This document shows, piece after piece, positions 54,276 through 64,000 of a DNA stretch of 64,000 bases. The stretch is from Epiperipatus broadwayi (Eukaryota > Animalia > Onychophora). The DNA lies in contig JAQFVV010000003.1 in NCBI GenBank assembly GCA_028023455.1, forward strand, positions 25,420,001 through 25,484,000. The letters run 5' to 3'. Within the stretch, counting starts at the first letter, position 1, and every line of letters starts with the position of its first letter. The position numbers and the translations under genes are program-made. A model generated the notes under the pieces. It ran no database searches. It was not told the DNA's origin and saw nothing but the letters and a program-made list of their open reading frames with translations.

Positions 54276-54854
54276 TAAGACACATTAAAAATATATATAA
54301 AAAAAATAGAATGACTTTTTTTTTCATTTAATAAAATAATAGTACTGGATATTAATAAATCCTTAAGTGATAGAAAGATTTAAAATAAATAAATTTAAAA
54401 ATGGCATTGTGTTTTATTATACTGATGAACTTAAAACCACGGATGTGATGACTGAAGTAAAAAAATGAATACATCAGCAGCGAGATATGAGTGCCAGATT
54501 GATCATATCAATTCAGTCATTAAGTCCAGTAGAATTAGAAAATATTGTGAGGTTAAAAATAAATACATTGAATATTAAAATGATGAACAACTAAAGAAAA
54601 TGATAAATTTATGGTCAGAGTTGAAATAAAAAAAATTGGATAATATAGGTCATGATGAGACAAAGTAGATCAGATGAAGAGAAAATAGTAAAGAAGATAT
54701 AACTTATGTATTCTGGAAATCATAATAGTGTTTAAATCCAAGAGCAAAACAGAAATTTATATCAAATAGCATAGCACTATAGTAAATGATAAGAGATTTG
54801 GTTATATTTCAGATTAATATCCTAATCAGTATTTATAATAATTAAACCACTGAA

Positions 54855-54956
54855 CATCACATGATTACCATTCTATATGCTTACACAAGCTGTTTACACA
54901 AAAGCTTTGTGTAAACAGTTTGTGTAAATATAAAGAATGGTGATCATGTGATGTTT
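54855..54956. repeat. Near-perfect ~100-bp palindrome
   Basis: aacatcacatgattaccattct...tgtttacacaaaagctttgtgtaaaca...agaatggtgatcatgtgatgtt. Related single arms occur at ~3063-3110 and ~17805-17850. Confidence 0.85.
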
Positions 54957-56003
54957 GCTGGATTAATACCAATTCTGCTCAATAGTCTTATGGTGACTGT
55001 GGTTATTAAAGAACCAAATGCACTAAATAGTATATATGCTGAACTAAATTCAGATCTATATGAATATACAAGCTAATGGAGCCTGAATTGAAAACATTAT
55101 TGCGTTTTTATTTTGGACTCAAATCTTTATAGTTAGCTAATAAGGTAAAAGATGGAAAGTTTTTAGTTTCTAAGAATAGATTTAATTACATATATTTTGA
55201 TTTAATATAGGGTTAGAAAACAGTTTTATGGGTAGATTTAGATCACAATTTAAAAATGGTAAAACTGAAATTAATTAAAAAGCACTGAAACAAGAAAAAA
55301 TAATGAGCAATTGGTCAATTAAAAGAAGATATTGCAGAAAATGATCAAATTTTGTTGGATCAGAAAACTAACTGATAAAATAAATTTAAATGAAAAATCA
55401 GAATTATTCAAAGAAAATTAAAAAGATAAATAGAGAGAGAGAGAGAGAGAGGGAGAGAGTAGTTAAAGAAACACACAAAAAAGCAGAAGATTAATAATGA
55501 TATGACAAAAAAAACTGATAGAGAATGGAAAATAAAAATATAATATCTACTAAAATATGAAACTGAGACATGAAAAAGATAAAATTATAGGAGAAATGTA
55601 AACTGAAAATATAGGCAAGTGAAGAATTACAAAAAAGAGTTAAACTTGATTTAATTTAAATCAGAAAAAATAGTTGAAAAATTATCACTAACGAAATAGA
55701 AACATTGAACAAATGAAAATAATATATGATAAATATAATAAACTTTCTAGTATATTATTAAAAAAGACAAGCCCTATAGATAATGATAGGATTCCAGCTG
55801 AATTCTTGAAGTCTAATGAGGGGAAAAAATGTGAGAAAATTGATTGGCAATTGGGAAGAATGATCTATAATTTCCAATCAGTAGTTATATTACTAGAAAA
55901 AGGGCTTAATGTAATTAAATATGAGACTCTAAGAAGAATTAGCTCAATCCTCTACAAGATGAAATGGGTATTAAATAGGTGGATTTAAAATAAATTTGAT
56001 ATG

Positions 56004-56007
<4 letters not shown>

Positions 56008-56077
<70 letters not shown>
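56008..56077. repeat. (TA)n microsatellite
   Basis: Directly visible. Confidence 0.98.
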
Positions 56078-56080
<3 letters not shown>

Positions 56081-56589
56081 GAGAATCTAAAAAAGAGGGA
56101 AGAATAACAATGCACTATAGTTTACTGACTTGATTAAATAAAATTAATGCAGTGCCTTATTAGCAATATAGAGAGTTAAAATTAAAAATTCATGAATTCA
56201 CAAAAAAAAAATGAAAAGAAAAAAATTTAAGATTGATTGGAGAATGAAAAGTGTAAAGGATCTATAAATATTTTCTGATAGCAATATTGCTAAGACATAT
56301 ACTAATGTGTTTTGAATGTGCAAGAAATGTGTTAGTATAATAAAAAGAATGAAAAATGTTTATCAATTTCAATAATATAAAAAGTCATGTAATGATTGTT
56401 AGAGAATAGTTATGGAAAGATGGAGCTTATATTAGATATAATTACAAAAAGTTGTAGATAAAAAATGTACTATGATGAAGATAAACAAGAAATAAGTATT
56501 AGAAAAAGATATAACATCTATAGATGTAAACTGTAAGTAAAGTAAAAAATAATAAATAGGCAATGCAATGTAAAAGAGAAACATTTATT

Positions 56590-57385
56590 CAAATAAATAC
56601 AAAGAAAGTACCTCAAAATAACCAGAATTTTGTAATAAAATTGTCTTTATTTTTAGATGTTACAAATGATATATTCTTCAAAAAAATGTTCATTTGATGC
56701 AATGCACCAATCTATATATGTTTTCAACTTTTCAAAGTAGCTCTGAAACTCTTGCAAAAGACTGCCTTTTAATGTATCTGTTGCTTTTCTTCACCATTGC
56801 AAGGTCAGCAAAACATTTCTTTTTTGAGACATTTTTTCATTTGGGGAATAAAAAGAAATCACACACAGCAAGATTGGATGAATAGGAGTTATGGATAAAC
56901 TGCTTCATGATATTGTTAATTAATTGTTTCACACTCAAGATTTTGTGTGTGTGCATTGTTGTGGTCAAGCTTGCACTTCCCACTTTGCCACAAATCAAAT
57001 ATTTTCATTTTACCATATTGCACAAATATTTCAGAACTTTAGGTAAATATCTGATCATTATAAATAAATTCTAAATGAACAATGCTGTTCACATAAAAAA
57101 AATTGGCTTTGACTTCACTCACCACACTTTTTTGGGTGGAATAAATTTAACACTTTCATCAAAACATTTGTAAATTTGTGTTTTTCCCTCAGCAGCTTGT
57201 GTGTAAGCTGTTTCAAGGATTATAACTATTTCCCTTACCATTTCCCTAACAGAAAGCAAAATTTTACATTGCTCCAACTTTTTAGCCATTACAAAAATCA
57301 ATAAATGATTATTACACAGCCCCACAACTTTACTTGATGACAATGATTGAAAAACTGATGCTGATGTGATTCATTATGATTGTCT
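56590..57385 (-). pseudogene. Mariner transposase relic
   Basis: MAKKLEQC...ILETAYTQAA..KTQIYKCF (mariner HTH-like N-terminus). WQSGKCKLDHNNAHTH...HNSYSSNLAVCDFFLFPK corresponds to HHDNAPAH / HPPYSPDLAPCDFFLFPK. TIR-like tacaaagaaagtacctcaaaataaccagaatt at ~56598. Confidence 0.78.
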
Positions 57386-59010
57386 TTTTTCAGAATCAGG
57401 AATGTCTCAGCCACTATGCCCAGAGAACCCTGTTAGCTACCTTCTCTTTCCATTTCACATCCTAAGTTTTTCCCATATTCTTCTCTATTCTGTTCCACCC
57501 CATTACCACAATATAATCTTTGTCAATACCATGGCCTTTATATCTAAATCCCATTTATCTTTTCCCAAACCCAGAATAAACACCAATAAGCTACTATCTG
57601 TATAAACACTTTGTTTATATGTATTCTCCCACAACTTCATTATGTGTACCCTTTCTGCTTGCAGGCATTTACATTCAATTAACAGATGCCTAATACTTTC
57701 TATGCATTCCTTATACAACTTGCAGCCTAAATCACCTATACTTTTCCATTTATGTTTACATTCCCTTGTTGCTAAAGATCTTGTTCAAGTCTTAAACAGT
57801 AAACGTCTTTCCTTGCTACTATCATAAATTAACTCTGATCCAATATTCTGTTTACTTCTATATATATTTAAACTTTTTATTATCCATACTAGTTCTCCAT
57901 CTCTCCAACTCCTTAGTTTTTTATTAATGCATCTATTCTTCTATCCCATTCATTGCCACTATAACACTCAACAATTTTTCTAACACAATCATTCCACCTT
58001 TTCTATAAGTTTGCTGACATAAAGTCTTTATCCAAATCTTCTGCATACCATACTACCTTTTTCACCCATTTTATTGCCTGTCCTTTACTCATAACCCAAT
58101 TAAATACTATTTTGGATATTCTCTTATCCATAAATTGCAATCTATTGAACATTTTCATTTTTTTTTTCATCTCTCATATAAAAACGACCCTCTCATTTCT
58201 CCTTAAATTGCCTCCTTTGCCATTCACATGTCTGCATCTAATGTATATCTTCCTACTTCTCTTTGGACTTTTTTTAAGTAATCTAGCATCCCTTTACTAA
58301 CACAATGCATCATTATCATATGTTAACCCTGCTACTGCCACTCCCTTCCATACAAATCTAACTACATCATATTTATTATATGAAAACACTGTTAATTTTT
58401 TTATCAGTCCCCTTTTTTCTTTGCTTCATTTATCAATTTTTTCTCCCATTCATCCAAGCAATTTCTCTGATTACTCAAGACAATTCCCAAATAGTTATAC
58501 TCTATTCACTATATTTAACTTTGTATCCCCCAATAAAAATTATTTTTCTTCTCTTTCCCCAGTATTTATCATCATTATTTTTGATTTTTCTTCACTAAAT
58601 TTAACCCCCATCTCTTTACCCATTCTTGCACATCTTCAGCATAATTTCCACATCTTCCCTACTTTCTATGCATAAGAAGACATCATCTGCAAACAAAACA
58701 CCTGATAATATATATACTCCCTTCTACCTACTAATGGTATCTCTACCCCTCTTCATAGTCTTTCTATTAATCTCTCCATTTCTTACAAATACAACAAAAA
58801 CAAAATAGATGACATAGAGCATCCTTGTCTTAGTCCCAACCCAATTTTAACTTTAACTGATTCTATATTTTCCAATTGATACATATAGTAATTATTTTCA
58901 TACAATCTCTTAATAAGATCCACTAAAACTCCATCCATTCCCAAATTTACTAAACTTATCCATAATCTATTTCTATTTACTGTATTATATGCGTTCTCTA
59001 TATCTATGAA
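57385..59010 (-). mobile_element. LINE fragment (RT domain to 3' end), same family as 21690-22720
   Basis: Minus strand VGLRQGCSMSS (gttgggactaagacaaggatgctctatg) and FADD (tttgcagatgat) RT motifs; C-terminal ESIRHLLIEC knuckle. Confidence 0.85.
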
Positions 59011-62000
59011 AACCTAAATAGAATTAAATAGAGCTAATAGTAAAAGTTTTGACATGTTTATAGTGAAAACATATGTGAAAAAAGATGAATATTTTTTGAA
59101 AAATTTATGCTAGCAAAGAATAAATATGAGAAAAAATAAAAAATGGAGTAAGAGTATAGGGTGAATGTCAAAAATAATGTTAAATATTTGTTGAGTAAAT
59201 CACAAATAGATGATGGGTATACCATATATAGCTATAGAAGATGATCAAACTACAGTTGAAAGAAATTGCAATTATCTTCTCTCTATTCAAGAGCCATTTA
59301 GCATGAACATGAATAATTAATGGATACTAGAGGTACTGCCTTTATATTCACATTCAGTTTTATGCTTATTAAAAATAATAAAAAAGGGTTGCTCTGTATG
59401 AGATATGCATTAGACCCAGAAGATACATTAGATTGCAAACTCATCAGTGATGAAGAACATAAACCAGAAACTAACCCAGGGTACTAATGGGAAAACATTG
59501 AGTGTGGATTTAAGAAAAGAATAGGATAAAAAAAAATACTGTTAATAAAATGTGTAGATTATGTATGTTATTCAAATATATATAAAAATGAGTTAATTAT
59601 TTTTATTATTTTATTTAACACTCAAAGAATAAAAAGCATCTAAAAGTTAAAAATAAATAAGGTTTTTAATTAAATGCTTGTCAGATTACGATTTACATTA
59701 AATACATTAGGTATGTGTTAATGAATCATATAAATTTAAGATACAAATGATTACAAAAGATGAGATACATGATCTTATTTATAAGTTTATTTTATGATCT
59801 TAATGTATATTTGTTAGTGTGTTGTACAAACATAGGCTATGGAGATAACAAATGTTAAAAATAGTCCAGAAAAAAAAAACGCTACAGAAGTTTTTTGAGA
59901 ATTAGTTGAAGCAAACAATTTCTAATGAACAATCTTCTTTAAAAAATGAGATAAAGAAAAATATTATTCAAGAAAAGAATAAAATAGAAAGTGTAATTCT
60001 TTATTAATAATTTGTATTAATCATTCATTAGATTAGAGCGTGGTCTAATGAAAATGACACTACAGAAATATTATTCATTTAATGTAACTCTTTGGTCACA
60101 GCTTTTAAATTAGTGATTATTGAAAACCAAAAGTTGAATTTATTTATTTTACCACACAAAACAATGAAGCAAATTCTGTATGTTGTGGGGAGATGTTATT
60201 AAAGAATGTTGTGGATCATCTTTAACGAACTCAGTTGTTGTTTTTTTGTTTTTTGAACAAGAAAGATCAAACTGGAAAAATATGCCTATGATTATTGAGT
60301 GTTTTTTTTTTTGTTGATGATGTTTAAAGATACTTTATATAGTTTAGAGCGGCTGTAGAATGCCTGAGTCAAGAATATTTAACATTCGTATATATAGAAC
60401 GGCAGAAAACTAGAATTCTATTTATGAATTCATTTTCATCAACCACTCTCTTATATATACAAAACTGGGATAAGAACACGTTAATTTATGAATTTCAGTT
60501 GGTGAGATACTTTAATAAAATGCACTTTTCAATATACTAGCCAAGATGTAAAAATATATATATTTATTTAACACGGTATATATGTATAGTCTTATTTTTA
60601 AGATCTTCTCTTTTTCCAGCTTCTTCCTGGACAGCTGGATTGCTTATCAACAAACACTTTGAGAGATTTCATACAATATGGCGTTGGTGATAAGCCGTAC
60701 TATTTTAGTTGCTTCTAATGGGTTCACAATGGCAACTGGTGAAAAGCATGACATGAAAAAAGAAAACATTAAATTTTTCAATATGTTAAACATTTAAAAA
60801 AAAAAAAAAAGAACACGCTGACGTTTTTAAATTATTTTTTGTAAGTAGATATATCAGAGATAATAAAAATAAAACTTGTTAAGTGTGGTTAATTTAATCA
60901 AAATGACTCATCTATTTTTAAAATATTGCTTTTTAATCTTTATTAGATAAAAAAAAAGAAAGAAAAGACTTCTTTAATTTCTACAAATGGCGTTTATCCA
61001 GATATTATGGTATATCACGATTAGGCACTCAATATAAAGGGATCTGATACTGATTACTGGATCTCGTAGTGAAAAAAAATTGCATTATCATCGTCATATC
61101 TCATCTTATCTTCAAATAATGAACTAGTTCAGATTCCTTCTAATCTAGATCGGATAGAGCATTCATCGTCATCAACCTATACGTTTGCCGATAGATAACC
61201 CATAGCCAATGGCAAGAACATGCCAATAGACGAGGATACTCACTGAATCCAAATGTTTTTATTAAGGATGAGAATCTGTCAATAAATAGTCAGTGTTGTC
61301 ATAGATAGTGTTATTAAATTTCACTGATATTCAAAAAGCACTTTAATATTTTTTTCCATTATATGCCCACTTCAATTCATTACTGATGTAAATCTTTTAA
61401 TTAACAAGGACAGCATCAGAAATAATAAATATAATATATAGTAAGAGATCTAAACTTAATTAATACTTACATTCTAAATACTTTTATTAACTTATTTCAA
61501 CTACAATAAAATTGAATACCTTATGAATAGGTCATTAAAACTTATGTTGTTATATGTGGTAACTTTGTATTTTTGAAATTTCTAGTAGCAAATTTTTAGA
61601 TTCATAGTAAAAATGATATTAAGAGTAATATTTTATTTAAGCACATAGATGAATAAAATTTAATACATTATAAGATATATAATATTTTTATGTATGTGTA
61701 AATGGTTTTTGTAACAGAAATAATAAATTTATATTTGTATTAAGATCATATAAACTACAAAACGATTTAAAAATAATATAATCTTAGTTTATTACTTAGA
61801 ATGCATGTGTATTCATGCATGTTTATTTTTTTAAAATTTAGAAACAATATTTTAAAAACTTTAATATATAAATTTTATTTAATATTTATTAAAGAGATCG
61901 TTTATTGTAATGTTAATAAAAGAAAAGAAAAATGTTTGATTTTGATTCGTTATTTAACAGTTATATGTGGTTTAAGTATATAAAATTTTATAAAACTATA

Positions 62001-64000
62001 ATTTACAGTATTTAATATTTATTAAAGAGATCTTTTATTATAATGTTAAATAAATAAAAGATACATGTTTAATTTTTGATATATATGGTTTATGCATATA
62101 AAATTTTATAAAACTATAATTTTATTTAAAAAGTATTCACTTAATATTATAAATTGTAAATAATTATGTAACTTAAAATAAATTATAAAGAACACTGTAA
62201 TATTTAAAAGGATATTCTAACAAATTGATGATTATAAGAAATAATTTAAAAAATCATATTAATAATAATTACAAATCTTTACACAATGGGAATCTGCCTC
62301 AAAACAAATCAATCAAAGACATGAGTGAAAAAAAGGGAAATTTATTACATTACTATGGAAATAGTATTCAATCTGATGACCTAAACATAATGTTGGAAAG
62401 AGAATCTATAAATATAACTGAACTTTTTATATATACATATTTAATATTATATTCATTCTTTTGGCTAGATTCATACATAGGCAATCAATTATTCATTCCT
62501 ATACTTTTACTTTAAAATTATATCAAAGACACAATGTCAAAAATGCTGGGCAAAAAATAAAATAAAAATGTGTCTAAGAAGACAATAGCTTCTAAATTGC
62601 TTTAATATAATGTCATAAGGAACATTATTTAAAATAAGAATGCTTTAAATTTTTAGGAATGATAAAATGAGAAAACAAACATAATGAATATGCAACTTAT
62701 TTATCTACACACCTGTAATAATTAATTAATTTTCTTGGAAAAATTGTATCATTCTTGAATTGAAAAACAAACAAAAAAAAAACATGAACTGTCTTTGTCT
62801 TCCAATTTAATATATATTTTTTGCAATTGTTTTCTGTTATTAAAAAGAAAAAAAAATATTATTCATAGATTATTGTTTATAATATAGATGTATTTGCAGC
62901 ATTTTAAAGGGAAATGATCCGAAAAACAGTTATCACTATAAAGTAAAATCATATGTTATAATTTTAGTATATAAGCATCATTTTAAATATATGAATGTTT
63001 ATTTTTAAAATAAGGTTGTTGTAAGTTGATAATTAATATTTACTGTTTCATTGTGCAAATCTTCTATGATTTATATTTGCATGTAGATGCATTCTAGTTT
63101 AAAGCCATATATTTATAAGGCACAGTATATTAGAAGAATATATTATAAAATGTTATGCTAAATATTATATGATGGAATAAAATATAATGAATAAAAGTAG
63201 CTACTAAAAATAATACAATGTCCATGTTTTCAGAAGATAATATAATGAAAGACCAATGCACTTCATTTATGGTTATTAAAAAATTAAAGAAAACATACTA
63301 AATAATATAATTGCAATTAAATTTTATTAAAGCAAATTTTATGCTTATTTTAAAAACAATCTTTTTTAATGGTGGTGATTTTGTGAAATGACATACATAT
63401 TGAACTATCTTTATCCATATAGGATATAAAAATACACATTTAATATATATATATATTCATATCTGAAATGTATCTGAGAAGACATCCTGTTATTTATTTA
63501 TTTTAATGTAAATAAAGTATGATTTTATTTTATCTAAATTAACTTGAAATTTGTATTTCTTATCTAATATCATCTCATTGCATAATAATTTTATTCTATG
63601 TCACATAATATTCTAGCATGTTTTATTCATTAATCTAATTTATTTTAAAAGTGTTATCAAAAAGTATTCTAAAATTAATAGATTGAGGAAGAAGAGTATA
63701 ATTATTTGAGTCATTGTACTTTACTAGTTATGAATACTACCACTTCAAACCCAAGATAAGTCTTTGGAAAAAATAGAATGAATCATCTATCTTTTCGAAC
63801 CCAAACACTTATATATGGGCAAAAGTGGGAGTATTCATTTATTGTTAAAAATATACAAAGTGCATGTGCAATAGCTTAATGCTGATTATTAATATTACAG
63901 TTTATAAACATCGCGCTATATAAAATAGGTACTCTAACCCAACCTGCTATGTGGCCGCTAGAGCTTTCGAGGCCCCTACCCTGTATGTTCTGTGTGGAAA

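Larger units (their letters stand above)
54550..56560 (+). pseudogene. Fragmented RTE-like LINE relic (endonuclease + RT start)
   Basis: DIIGHDETK...YVFWKS-like endonuclease start at ~54630-54730. DNDRIPAEFLKS...WQLGRM..FQSVVILLEKG (55770-55910) resembles D.IPAE.LK / W..G..P.DF..SVI..L.KKG. Interrupted by (GA)n, (TA)n and a hairpin. Confidence 0.5.

Noticed and set aside
60649-60735. AIVNPLEATKIVRL as a mitochondrial-carrier signature (cf. PLEATRIRL)
   Set aside because: Spacing is off by one residue and no other carrier motifs or helices are nearby; too short to call.

Overview
Very AT-rich, CpG-depleted eukaryotic DNA, probably invertebrate (organism not identifiable from the sequence). 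No intact protein-coding gene can be supported, and most ORFs in the supplied track are spurious or TE fragments. The window is dominated by decayed mobile DNA: four Penelope-like (RT + GIY-YIG) retroelement copies plus solo terminal repeats, several LINE relics, Gypsy-type gag/protease/integrase relics, a mariner and two hAT-type transposase relics, three non-autonomous hAT elements with 8-bp TSDs, tRNA-derived sequences, and micro- and minisatellites. The main observation is four sequence-unrelated families of small repeats, each carrying a minimal type I hammerhead-ribozyme motif (CUGANGA...GAAA...UH). Each family has its own palindromic stem III (ACGU, UACGUA, CUAG, UCAUGA), and most copies sit in inverted arrangements. 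The clearest case is a 404-bp-period tandem, retrozyme-like array folded into a 1.4-kb inverted repeat at 25.3-26.7 kb. Another family is the terminal repeat of the resident Penelope-like element and has a tRNA-like Pol III head just upstream of the ribozyme motif. All structural calls were made by eye; no search or folding program was run.
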